A stretch of 58,778 nucleotides of DNA, counting the filler. It is 3 parts of 3 records of this genome, joined end to end, with 100 filler letters (N's around TTAATTAATTAA, not from the genome) between each part and the next. Parts side by side here need not be neighbours in the genome. Positions count along the whole stretch, not along the records: positions 40,421 to 58,778 come from SRR2962707_5480; 2 more parts are not named here. One strand, written 5' to 3'. Below are positions 50,347-58,778 of this stretch, piece by piece (within the stretch, counting starts at the first letter, position 1; each line of letters opens with the position of its first letter). A program made the translations under genes and the position numbers. The notes under the pieces are model-generated. The model was not told where the DNA came from. It was given only the letters and a program-made list of their open reading frames with translations, and searched no databases.

Positions 50347-52074
50347 ATGACATTGCGTATTTGGGCCATGTTGCCAGTGTTGATGTTATTGGTCGCTTGT
50401 GGCGGTTCATCATCCAGCGGGCCGGCTTCGTCAGGCGCTTTACCGGATCATGACGAGCCTCCGTTGGAAGATCCCGAGCAGGACAATCCCCCGGAAGAGC
50501 CGTCCCCGCCGGAGGGTGGGCCGTTGGCGGGAGTGGTGCAAAAAGGGCCTTTTCAAGCGGGATCCAAGGTAACGCTGGTGCCATTGATTCTGGGGGCCGT
50601 GGATGAAGGTGCGCGAGTTCTGGAAACCACGGTGGACGAGCAAGGCCGCTATGCGTTTGCGGCGACCGGGCTGAGCGGTCCGGCATTGCTGAAAGTTCAG
50701 GGCTATTGGTTCGACGAGCGTAACGGCCGGTTCAGTTCGGAGCCGATAACGCTGAGAGCGGTGGTGAACGTGGCGGACGGCAAGGGCAACATTAATCCGC
50801 TCACGGATTTGATCAGCGCGCGCTTGCAAGCGGCTTTGGCGGAGCACGATGACGATTATCCGGCGGCGCTGCAAAGCACCCTGTTGGAATACCACGCGCT
50901 GACGGGGCTGCGCATGCCGCCGGGGGCACTGGACATGCTGAAAGGGTTTATCGTCGGCGAGACGCTGGATGTGGCCTACTATCAGGAAATCGGCCTTTTG
51001 CCGATGATTCTGTCGGCAATGGCACAGGGGGGCATGGAAGGGCTGGCGGCGGCGCGGGAAGGCTTTGCCGCCGGTGGCGCCGAGAATGAAGAGGCCCGCA
51101 CGTTCTGGCGGACCATGTGGACGGGCTATGCCGAACTAATAGCGGAGCATAATGACGAGAGTGCGCTTCTGACCCATCTCCAGGGACATCTGTCGGGGCA
51201 ATATCCGCACGCCTCGGGGGAGGCGTTTCCGCCTTATTTGGGCGGTGTTCAGAGCCTGTTGGCAGGGTACGCGCCCAGTTGCTCGCCGGGGCCGGACGGA
51301 AGTCATTCGGAGCATAACCGGCGCCTGTGTCTTGGTGGCGACGGGCAGTCGTTGATGGTCGGCGGTGAGTATGGGCAAGCCGGGCTCTATCTGGATGCGC
51401 CGACGGACGCCAGTTATCGGGTTGTCGTGCAGCAGTCCGATCCCGTTCCGAATGATGCGCCTGTCTATCTGGAGAGCGTTTCCGCCGGTAATGGCAATGC
51501 CAGTCTTTATGAGCAGTGTCAAAACCACGGCAATTGCTCGGTGGCGACCTCGGCCAGAAGACAAGGTAGTCGGATGTATTTTCGCATCCGAACCGGGGGC
51601 GAAGCTCGTCAAGTACGTGTTTATGTGGAGCGCCTGGGAGACGGGCACCCGCAGCAACCGATGGTGATTGCCCCGGATCGTGTGCCACACCATGGCAAAG
51701 CGGGAATCCGTGATGGCAGCAGTACACCGCCGTTGACACACTCGGCATATGCCACGGAAAACAGCTTCTCGCACTACTTCTTTTATGTCGGCGTGGGGGG
51801 CAAAACCCTGGTGGTGGATAATTTCCTCTGTGGCGATGAGGCGTTGCCGCCGGCATGGGGCATGGAAATGCTGTTGGCGAAGGTCAGTGGGCAGGGCTAT
51901 GAAACTGTGGCATCGAGCCCGGGAGCCCGGAACTGCGAAGGGATTCGTCATGATATCGTCGCGGGGGAAACCGGATTGTACTATCTGCGAGTTCATCCGG
52001 ATTACGAACGCGCAACGGGAACCCAGCCGTCCTCCGTAAGTCACGATTATCGTATTCGTCTGTTACCGAGGTAG
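50347..52074 (+). CDS. Uncharacterised lipoprotein (about 575 aa)
   Basis: Lipobox LVAC-GGSSSS, Pro/Glu linker, GVVQKGPF...NINPLT domain and a Cys-containing C-terminal beta region; start ATG 50347. Confidence 0.8.
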   Translation: MTLRIWAMLPVLMLLVACGGSSSSGPASSGALPDHDEPPLEDPEQDNPPEEPSPPEGGPLAGVVQKGPFQAGSKVTLVPLILGAVDEGARVLETTVDEQGRYAFAATGLSGPALLKVQGYWFDERNGRFSSEPITLRAVVNVADGKGNINPLTDLISARLQAALAEHDDDYPAALQSTLLEYHALTGLRMPPGALDMLKGFIVGETLDVAYYQEIGLLPMILSAMAQGGMEGLAAAREGFAAGGAENEEARTFWRTMWTGYAELIAEHNDESALLTHLQGHLSGQYPHASGEAFPPYLGGVQSLLAGYAPSCSPGPDGSHSEHNRRLCLGGDGQSLMVGGEYGQAGLYLDAPTDASYRVVVQQSDPVPNDAPVYLESVSAGNGNASLYEQCQNHGNCSVATSARRQGSRMYFRIRTGGEARQVRVYVERLGDGHPQQPMVIAPDRVPHHGKAGIRDGSSTPPLTHSAYATENSFSHYFFYVGVGGKTLVVDNFLCGDEALPPAWGMEMLLAKVSGQGYETVASSPGARNCEGIRHDIVAGETGLYYLRVHPDYERATGTQPSSVSHDYRIRLLPR

Positions 52075-52107
52075 TGCCGGGGGGCGCGATTCGCCCTTAT
52101 CCGGCGA

Positions 52108-52992
52108 TCATCTAACCAGTCCCATCACCCAGTCCCGCACCGCGGCGATACCCTGCTCCCGTAGCCGTTCCTTTGGATAGACCAGGTGGAATGGCTGCGC
52201 CAGCAGTTCCGGTCCAAACGGTTGCACCAGGCGGCCGCTGCGCAGTTCATCCCGAATCAACTCCCGGCTCATCAGCGCTATACCCTGACCGTCCAGGGCG
52301 GCGCTGACGATGTGGGTGTCGTCCGAGAGTGCCAGGCCGGCATCGATATCCAACCCCGCTACCCTGGCCAGTTTTTGCCAGGCGGGCCAGCCCAGCGCCG
52401 CTCCGGAAGCGGTGGCGGGTTGGTAATGCAGCAAGGTGTGGTGATGCAGGTCGCCGTGCTGGCTGATCCCCAGCGCCGGGCTGCAGGCGGGAACGAAGAC
52501 GTTATCGAACAGCTTTTCCGATTCCAGTCCGGGCCACGGGCCGTGGCCATAGCGGATTGCCATGTCGGCGGCGATGCCGTCCAGTGGCAGTACGTCATAA
52601 GTCACCTGAAGGCTCAGATTCAGGTCCGGTTGTTCTTCTCTCAGATAACAGACATTGGGCAGCAGCCAGCGCGCCGCCACCGACGGAATGGTGGACAGGG
52701 TGACGCTTTGTCGCTGAGGTGTCTGTCTCAGTCGTGACGCCACGTCATCGATGGCGTCGAAGGCGTCGGTGCATACCGCTCGCAGCGCCTGCCCCTGGGC
52801 GGTGAGAGTCAGTTGCCGTGGGCGGCGTATGAACAGGGGGACGCCCAGATGCTCTTCCAGCTGCCGCAGTTGGTGGCTGATCGCCGTGGGAGTTACCGAC
52901 AGCTCCTCGGCGGCTTTTTTGGCGCTGCGCAGGCGTGCGGTCGCTTCGAAGGCGCGCAGGGCGGATAGCGGGGGCAGGCGTCGGGCACTCAT
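52108..52992 (-). CDS. LysR-family regulator (GcvA-like)
   Basis: LPPLSALRAFEATAR..AAEELSVTPTAISHQLRQLEEHLGVPLF and DMAIRYG. Confidence 0.94.
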   Translation of the reverse strand: MSARRLPPLSALRAFEATARLRSAKKAAEELSVTPTAISHQLRQLEEHLGVPLFIRRPRQLTLTAQGQALRAVCTDAFDAIDDVASRLRQTPQRQSVTLSTIPSVAARWLLPNVCYLREEQPDLNLSLQVTYDVLPLDGIAADMAIRYGHGPWPGLESEKLFDNVFVPACSPALGISQHGDLHHHTLLHYQPATASGAALGWPAWQKLARVAGLDIDAGLALSDDTHIVSAALDGQGIALMSRELIRDELRSGRLVQPFGPELLAQPFHLVYPKERLREQGIAAVRDWVMGLVR

Positions 52993-53129
52993 GGATGTTG
53001 CCTATATGGATGAGTTTTATTTTCCGGAATCGACAAAAAAACGTCGTTTGTCGCGGTTGTCAGGCTCTGGCTTTATGGGGTTCATGTCAACAACGATTGA
53101 ATTAATCTCATTCAATAAGGAGCAGAGCC

Positions 53130-53825
53130 ATGACCACTTTATTGCATCTCGACGCCAGCCCCCGTCCCGGCCGTTCAGGGACCGACGAGCACGGCTCCCA
53201 TACACGCCGTCTGACCGATCATTTCGTCACGCAGTGGCGGCGCCTGCGGCCTGGAGACGCGGTGATGCGCCGGGATATCGGCTCCCGGCCTCCGGCGCTG
53301 ACCACGGTGGAGTGGATTCAGGCCGCGTTCACCGCCCCCGACCGTCATCAGCCCTGGATGAAGGAGGTGCTGGCGGAAAGCGATGCCCTGGTTCAGGAAG
53401 TACTGGATGCGGACATTCTGGTGCTGGGGGTGCCCATGTATAACTTCAGCTATCCCGCCGCCTTCAAGGCCTGGATCGACAATATTGTGCGGGTCGGGCG
53501 TACCGTGGATTTTGACCCGTCCAATCCGGAAGACCCGTTCACGCCGCTGCTTGCCGACCGGCCCCGCCATGCGGTGATTCTGTCCTCGCGGGGCGGGTTC
53601 GGCATGAATCCCGGTGGACCGCTGGCACATGTGAATCATCTGGAAGCGAGCATTCGCACCGCGCTGGAATTCATTGGCATCGAACGTTTCCACGAGATCG
53701 CCATTGAGCACCAGGAGGAGGGCGGCGAGCGCCTGGAAGCGTCCATCGCCGATGCGCTGTCCCGGGTGGATGCCCTGGTGGATGGGCTGCGGCGAATCCG
53801 GGAGCCGGTGCCGGCCTGCGCCTGA
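53130..53825 (+). CDS. azoR: FMN-dependent NADH-azoreductase
   Basis: LLHLDASPR, PMYNFSYPAAFKAWIDNIVRVGRT and SSRGG motifs. Confidence 0.88.
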   Translation: MTTLLHLDASPRPGRSGTDEHGSHTRRLTDHFVTQWRRLRPGDAVMRRDIGSRPPALTTVEWIQAAFTAPDRHQPWMKEVLAESDALVQEVLDADILVLGVPMYNFSYPAAFKAWIDNIVRVGRTVDFDPSNPEDPFTPLLADRPRHAVILSSRGGFGMNPGGPLAHVNHLEASIRTALEFIGIERFHEIAIEHQEEGGERLEASIADALSRVDALVDGLRRIREPVPACA

Positions 53826-53947
53826 CTAAGAGAGAAGGTCCCGATGTTCTTGTATCCTCTCCTTGTGTTGTGAGCGGAGCGCGGTAACACTGGCGCCGGC
53901 CTTGTAGCTGGCGATTACCAGCAACGGCCATCAGATGAGGAGCGGCA

Positions 53948-54355
53948 ATGTACACGGGACAATGTTTATGCGGCGGGGTGCGCTTCCGCATCGAGGGGGA
54001 ACTGGCTCCGGTGCAGGTCTGCCATTGTTCTCAATGCCGGCACGCTCAGGGCACGCCCTTCGCCACCAATATTCCGGTGTCCACCAGCGCTTTTCACCTG
54101 GATGCCGGAGAGGCGCTGTTGAAGGGCTTTGAGTCCACTCCGGGCAAGGAGCGGGTGTTCTGCGGTCACTGTGGTTCGCCGCTGTTCAGCCGGCGTGCCG
54201 ATCTGCCGGATGTGGTGCGGATCCGCGCCGGTCTGATCAACGAGCCGCTGGATGTGCGCCCTGTCTGGCATGCTTACACCGCCTCCAAGGCCAACTGGTG
54301 GTCGATCGATGACGATCTGCCCTGCTATCCCGAAGGTTACCCCGGGCGGCGTTGA
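53948..54355 (+). CDS. GFA (CENP-V) family Zn-binding protein
   Basis: GQCLCG, CHCSQCR and FCGHCGSPL motifs. Confidence 0.92.
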   Translation: MYTGQCLCGGVRFRIEGELAPVQVCHCSQCRHAQGTPFATNIPVSTSAFHLDAGEALLKGFESTPGKERVFCGHCGSPLFSRRADLPDVVRIRAGLINEPLDVRPVWHAYTASKANWWSIDDDLPCYPEGYPGRR

Positions 54356-54480
54356 GCGCGCCGGATTTGGCTCCAGCCCCCTGGACGTTTATCATTTGCC
54401 GCGCCTGAGAGCCTGTTTCGGGGCTCTACGCCTTCGCGGCGGTCTGTCCCTGTCCGCCCGGACCATTCAGAGGTACCACC

Positions 54481-55143
54481 ATGTTTACAGGCATTATCGA
54501 GGCCCAGGGCCATATCGACGCCCTGATTCCCAGCAACGGTGACGTGACCCTGCGCATCCAGAGCGCCGACCTGGATTTCGCCGATGTGCGGCTGGGCGAC
54601 TCCATCGCCGTCAATGGCGTATGTCTGACCGTGACCCAGCTGGCCGGCGGCGACACCTTTTCCGCCGACGTCTCCGGTGAGACCCTGGCGCTGACCTCGC
54701 TGCGGCAGCTCAAGGCGGGCAGCCGCGTCAATCTGGAGAAGGCGATGACTCCGTCCACGCGCATGGGCGGTCATCTGGTCAGCGGTCATGTGGATGGTCT
54801 CGGCAAGGTGGTGTCCCTGACCCCCGATGCCCGATCCGTGCGCATCGACATCGAAGCGCCGGCGGAACTGGCCCGTTATATCGCCAAGAAGGGTTCGATT
54901 ACCGTGGATGGCATCAGCCTCACCGTCAACGAGGTGGATGGCCGGGTGTTCTCTCTCAACATCATTCCCCACACCCAGGACGTGACCACCATTCAGGACT
55001 GGAAAGCGGGCACGCCAGTGAATCTGGAAGTTGATATCATTGCCCGTTACCTGGAACGGTTACTGCTCGGCGAACGGGCGGCGGAGCCCGGTTCCGGCGG
55101 CATCACCATGGCGATGCTGGCGGAACATGGTTTCGTGAAGTAA
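54481..55143 (+). CDS. ribE: Riboflavin synthase alpha chain (ribC in E. coli nomenclature)
   Basis: MFTGII, GDSIAVNGVCLT, VNLE, GGHLVSGHVDG and KGSITVDGISLT motifs. Confidence 0.96.
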   Translation: MFTGIIEAQGHIDALIPSNGDVTLRIQSADLDFADVRLGDSIAVNGVCLTVTQLAGGDTFSADVSGETLALTSLRQLKAGSRVNLEKAMTPSTRMGGHLVSGHVDGLGKVVSLTPDARSVRIDIEAPAELARYIAKKGSITVDGISLTVNEVDGRVFSLNIIPHTQDVTTIQDWKAGTPVNLEVDIIARYLERLLLGERAAEPGSGGITMAMLAEHGFVK

Positions 55144-55203
55144 AGCATCAGCGACGACTCATCAGGGACCGGCCCGGCGCCGGTCCGCAGGCAGGTTTGA
55201 ATT

Positions 55204-56316
55204 ATGCAGCTCAACAGCGTTGAAGAACTGATCGAGGATATCCGTCAGGGCCGAATGGTGATCCTGATGGACGATGAAGACCGGGAAAACGAAGGCGACC
55301 TGGTGATGGCGGCCGAGCATGTGACCGCCGAGGCGATCAACTTCATGGCCAAGTACGGGCGCGGGCTGATTTGCATGCCCATGTCCAAGGAACGCTGCGA
55401 GCAACTTGATCTGCCGCTCATGGTGCGCGCCAACGGCAGTGGTTTCGGCACCAAGTTCACCGTCTCCATCGAGGCCCGTGAAGGCGTCACCACCGGTATT
55501 TCCGCCGCTGACCGGGCGCGCACCGTGCAGGCCGCCGCCGCCCGTGATGCCAAGGCGTCCGATATCGTCCAGCCCGGGCATATCTTCCCGCTGATGGCCG
55601 AGCCCGGCGGCGTGTTGCGCCGTGCCGGTCACACCGAGGCCTCCTGTGATCTGGCGATGATGGCGGGGTGCGAGCCGGCGGGGGTGATCTGCGAAGTGAT
55701 GAACGAAGACGGCTCCATGGCCCGGCGGCCGGATCTGGAGGCGTTCGCCCAGGAGCATGGCCTCAAGATCGGCACCATTGCCGACCTGATCCAGTACCGC
55801 GCCCTCAATGAACAGACCGTGGAACAGGTCAGTGAGCACCCGCTGGAGACCTGGTACGGCGACTTCCGCCTGGTGGCGTTCCGCGACACGGTGGACGGGC
55901 ACGTACACGTGGCGCTGGTGAAAGGCGAGATCACCGAGGACCGGGAAGTGACGGTGAGGGTGCATCAGGTGGACCCGCTGCGGGACCTGATGAGCGCCAA
56001 GATCGACGGCCGTACCGGCTGGAACATGCACCGGGTGCTGGATGCCGTGTCCCGCGCGGAGTGCGGGGTGGTAATCATCCTTGGTCAGGACGACGAGGCG
56101 GCGGCACCGACCCTGAATCGGATCGAGGCGTTTTTCGACGGCACCGCCACGCAGCCAAAGGGGCAGTCCCGGGCCTACCGCAACATCGGCACCGGCTCAC
56201 AGATTCTCACCGCGCTGGGGGTGCGTAAAATGCGCTTGCTCAGCTCGCCAATGAAGTTCAACGCGCTGTCCGGCTTCGGCCTGGAGATCGTGGAATACGT
56301 GGACGCGGAACAGTAG
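55204..56316 (+). CDS. ribB: DHBP synthase fused to a degenerate GTP cyclohydrolase II domain (RibBX type)
   Basis: [19 protein letters not shown] and RAGHTEA in the RibB domain; the C-domain lacks the Zn-binding Cys residues. Confidence 0.92.
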   Translation: MQLNSVEELIEDIRQGRMVILMDDEDRENEGDLVMAAEHVTAEAINFMAKYGRGLICMPMSKERCEQLDLPLMVRANGSGFGTKFTVSIEAREGVTTGISAADRARTVQAAAARDAKASDIVQPGHIFPLMAEPGGVLRRAGHTEASCDLAMMAGCEPAGVICEVMNEDGSMARRPDLEAFAQEHGLKIGTIADLIQYRALNEQTVEQVSEHPLETWYGDFRLVAFRDTVDGHVHVALVKGEITEDREVTVRVHQVDPLRDLMSAKIDGRTGWNMHRVLDAVSRAECGVVIILGQDDEAAAPTLNRIEAFFDGTATQPKGQSRAYRNIGTGSQILTALGVRKMRLLSSPMKFNALSGFGLEIVEYVDAEQ

Positions 56317-56386
56317 ACGCTGGACGCGAGTCGCCGGACGCGAGACGCTGAACCCCAAAAGCGTCAGGCGTCGGGCGTCCAGCGTC
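56316..56386. repeat. Inverted array of 7-bp tandem repeats (GACGCNR units)
   Basis: Five forward heptamers, an 8-nt spacer, then four NNGCGTC reverse heptamers. Confidence 0.8.
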
Positions 56387-56453
56387 TGGCCATCAGTAGA
56401 CACCACCGTAAGCACTGGCGTTACCTGGTGCGGTGGGTTAGCAGGATGGGATC

Positions 56454-56924
56454 ATGCAAGACATCAAAACCTTTGAAGGCACTTTGAGCAATGTGGGCGG
56501 CCGTTACGCCCTCGTGGTGGCGCGTTTCAACAGTTTCGTGGTGGAAGCGCTGCTGGCTGGCGCCGTGGACACTCTGGTGCGGCACGGCGTGGAACGCGCG
56601 GATATTGAAATCATTCGCGTGCCGGGGGCCTGGGAGCTGCCGGTGGCGGTGAAGAAAGTGCTGGAGAAACGGGATTATGACGCCGTCATCGCCCTCGGCG
56701 CGGTGATTCGCGGTGGTACCGCGCATTTCGAGTACGTTGCCGGTGAAGCCGCCAAAGGTATCGCCGCGGTACAAAACAGCACCGGTGTGCCGGTGGCGTT
56801 CGGCGTCCTTACCGTGGACAGCATCGAACAGGCCATCGAGCGCAGTGGTACCAAGGCGGGTAACAAAGGCGCGGAAGCTGCCTTGTCCGCTCTGGAAATG
56901 GTTTCTCTGTTCAAGGCCCTTTAA
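56454..56924 (+). CDS. ribH: 6,7-dimethyl-8-ribityllumazine synthase
   Basis: [26 protein letters not shown] and GTKAGNKG motifs. Confidence 0.97.
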   Translation: MQDIKTFEGTLSNVGGRYALVVARFNSFVVEALLAGAVDTLVRHGVERADIEIIRVPGAWELPVAVKKVLEKRDYDAVIALGAVIRGGTAHFEYVAGEAAKGIAAVQNSTGVPVAFGVLTVDSIEQAIERSGTKAGNKGAEAALSALEMVSLFKAL

Positions 56925-57403
56925 TGACCACTCCCGCTTCGTCCTCCACCCCCGCCGCCCGTCGCAAAGCCCGGCGTTACGCCTTGCAGGCGTTGTATCA
57001 ATGGCAACTGGCGGGGACCACGCTGAGCGATATCGAGGCTCAGTTTCTGGCCCAGAACGACATGAGCAAGGTCGATCGAAGCTATTTTCATGACCTGCTC
57101 CACGGCGTGCCCGCCCGGGTTTCTGATCTGGACGAGTCGCTGAGGCCCTTTCTGGACCGCCGGGTGGAAGAGTTGTCCCAGGTGGAGAAGGTGATCCTGC
57201 GAATCGGCGCCTTCGAACTGCGGGAGCGCCTGGATGTGCCTTATCGCGTGGTGATCAACGAAGGTATTGAGCTGGCCAAGGTGTTTGGCGCCGATGATTC
57301 CTTCAAGTACGTCAATGGGGTTCTGGACAAGCTGGCTCGCCGGGCGCGCGCGGCGGAAACCCGGCCCGGCGGCGCCGCGCCCGACGATCAGCCGCCTTCC
57401 TGA
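56924..57403 (+). CDS. nusB: Transcription antitermination factor NusB
   Basis: [28 protein letters not shown] and YVNGVLD motifs. Confidence 0.97.
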   Translation: MTTPASSSTPAARRKARRYALQALYQWQLAGTTLSDIEAQFLAQNDMSKVDRSYFHDLLHGVPARVSDLDESLRPFLDRRVEELSQVEKVILRIGAFELRERLDVPYRVVINEGIELAKVFGADDSFKYVNGVLDKLARRARAAETRPGGAAPDDQPPS

Positions 57404-57443
57404 CGCGCTTTTCCCGACCTTTCGTTCATGAACAGGAGCTGGC

Positions 57444-58355
57444 ATGGACGAGTTCGCTCTCATCCGCCGCTACTTTCATCATCGCCAGGGCGAGGACGTG
57501 GTCCTCGGCCCCGGCGATGACGCCGCCCTGCTGTCGCCCCCGGCCGGTGAGCAACTGGTGATGACGTTGGATACCAGTGTCGCCGGCCGTCATTTCCCCG
57601 AGGATATGCCCGCCGCCGATATCGGCTACCGCTGCCTGGCGGTGAACCTGTCGGATCTTGCCGCCATGGGGGCCACGCCCCGCTGGTTTCTGTTGTCCCT
57701 GACCTTGCCGGAAGCCGATCCCGACTGGCTGCGCGATTTCAGCGCCGGCCTGTTCGAACTGGCCGATCAGGCCGGCATCTCTCTGGTGGGCGGTGACGTG
57801 ACCCGGGGGCCCTTGAACGTTGCCATTCAAGCCACCGGTTCGGTATTGCCGGGGCGCGCGTTGCGCCGGGATGGCGCCCAGCCGGGCCAAACCCTGGCGG
57901 TGACCGGCGTGCCCGGGCAGGGTGGGTTGGGGCTGCGTCACTGGCGGGCCGGTGTGCGCGATTCGCAAAGCGCGCGGCATTTCGCCCGCCCGCGCCCCGC
58001 GCTGGAGTGGGGAGCGGCGCTGGCCGGGCGTGCCGGTGCCGCTCTCGATGTGTCCGACGGCCTGTTGCAGGATCTGGGGCATATTCTGAGCGCCAGCGGC
58101 GACCTGGGGGCGGAGCTGGTGCTGGCGGACCTGCCGGTGAACGACGAGCTGGCGGCGCTGGAGGCGGAAGACCGTTGGGCGCTGCAACTGTCCGGCGGCG
58201 ATGATTATGGTCTGCTGTTTACCTGGCCGGCCGGTGTCGCGGTCCCGGCAGGGGCCCGGGCCATCGGCCGGATCACCGATGGCCCGGGGGTACGATTGCA
58301 TTATCCCGATGGGCGCGTGAGCGACGCGGAACCCGGTGGCTGGCGTCACTTTTAG
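57444..58355 (+). CDS. thiL: Thiamine-phosphate kinase
   Basis: EFALI, GDDAA, NLSDLAAMGA, GGD, DVSDGL and GGDDY motifs. Confidence 0.96.
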   Translation: MDEFALIRRYFHHRQGEDVVLGPGDDAALLSPPAGEQLVMTLDTSVAGRHFPEDMPAADIGYRCLAVNLSDLAAMGATPRWFLLSLTLPEADPDWLRDFSAGLFELADQAGISLVGGDVTRGPLNVAIQATGSVLPGRALRRDGAQPGQTLAVTGVPGQGGLGLRHWRAGVRDSQSARHFARPRPALEWGAALAGRAGAALDVSDGLLQDLGHILSASGDLGAELVLADLPVNDELAALEAEDRWALQLSGGDDYGLLFTWPAGVAVPAGARAIGRITDGPGVRLHYPDGRVSDAEPGGWRHF

Positions 58356-58371
58356 CGGTATGGATATCTAG

Positions 58372-58778
58372 ATGGATATCACCAATCCGGTCCATTGGTT
58401 TGCTTTCGGTTTCGGCTCGGGGCTGTCGCCAGTGGCCCCGGGCACCGCCGGCAGCGCATTGGCGTTGCTATTGTGGTGGTGGCTGGCGCGTTTGCCGATG
58501 CCCTGGTACTTGCTGTTGGTATTGGCGTTGAGCCTGGCCGGAGTGTGGATCTGCGGCAGTACCAGCGGTCAGTTGGGGCTGCATGATCCGTCGGCCGTGG
58601 TCTGGGACGAATGGGGCGGCCTGTGGCTGGCGCTGGCCGGTCTGCCTCGGCGCTGGTGGTGGGGGACCGCCGGGTTTGTAGTGTTTCGTCTCTTCGATGT
58701 GATCAAGGCCGGGCCGGTGGGCTGGGCGGATCACGCTATGCCCGGCGGTTGGGGTATTGTCGCGGATGATCTGTTCGC
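58372..58778 (+). CDS. pgpA: Phosphatidylglycerophosphatase A, partial (runs off window end)
   Basis: Translated by hand: MDITNPVHWFAFGFGSGLSPVAPGTAGS...HDPSAVVWDE...FRLFDVIK; follows thiL as expected. Confidence 0.93.
   Translation, partial: MDITNPVHWFAFGFGSGLSPVAPGTAGSALALLLWWWLARLPMPWYLLLVLALSLAGVWICGSTSGQLGLHDPSAVVWDEWGGLWLALAGLPRRWWWGTAGFVVFRLFDVIKAGPVGWADHAMPGGWGIVADDLF

Noticed and set aside
53098-53110. TGA-N7-TCA (T-N11-A) as the LysR box for azoR
   Set aside because: Plausible, but T-N11-A matches are common and this one lies next to the RBS, so it cannot be supported from sequence alone.
54356-54480. FMN riboswitch upstream of ribE
   Set aside because: The conserved RFN sequence blocks are not recognisable in this short spacer.
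56316-56386. CRISPR array
   Set aside because: The units are 7 bp with no unique spacers, and no cas genes or CRISPR-like arrays were seen anywhere in the window.

Overview
This window is not one contiguous locus. It is three unrelated contigs joined by artificial 100-nt spacers (N44-TTAATTAATTAA-N44) at 25101-25200 and 40321-40420. Segment A (1-25100) is GC-rich and Rhizobiales-like alphaproteobacterial (inferred, possibly Hoeflea-type). It carries ppk1, hdaA, an AI-2E transporter, purMN, cfa, a multicopper oxidase/SHOCT pair, ohr-ohrR, a molybdopterin oxidoreductase, rlmJ, a diguanylate cyclase, RNase T2, GST, dgkA, a TetR-AhpD-FrnE module, an Omp25/RopB protein, a Ca/Na antiporter, an SDR, a solitary flagellin and the 5' end of uvrC. 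Segment B (25201-40320) is AT-richer marine gammaproteobacterial (inferred, Marinomonas-like), with trxB, moeB, gsk, cheW, a Tim44 protein, trpS, recCBD and the 3' end of a tRNA-Ala. Segment C (40421-58778) is GC-rich gammaproteobacterial (inferred, Alcanivoracaceae-like). It has paaG-I-J-K, a PDZ-sensor histidine kinase/NarL pair divergent from three uncharacterised exported proteins, LysR-azoR, a GFA protein and ribE-ribBX-ribH-nusB-thiL-pgpA. Four observations stand out. (1) The PDZ-kinase/exported-protein module has a tandem operator-like repeat at its promoter. (2) Beta-clamp-binding-like motifs lie back to back at the RecB C-terminus and RecD N-terminus. (3) CtrA-type boxes precede the diguanylate cyclase and the orphan flagellin. 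(4) An inverted heptamer-repeat element sits in the rib operon. All calls come from motif recognition by eye; no database searches were run.
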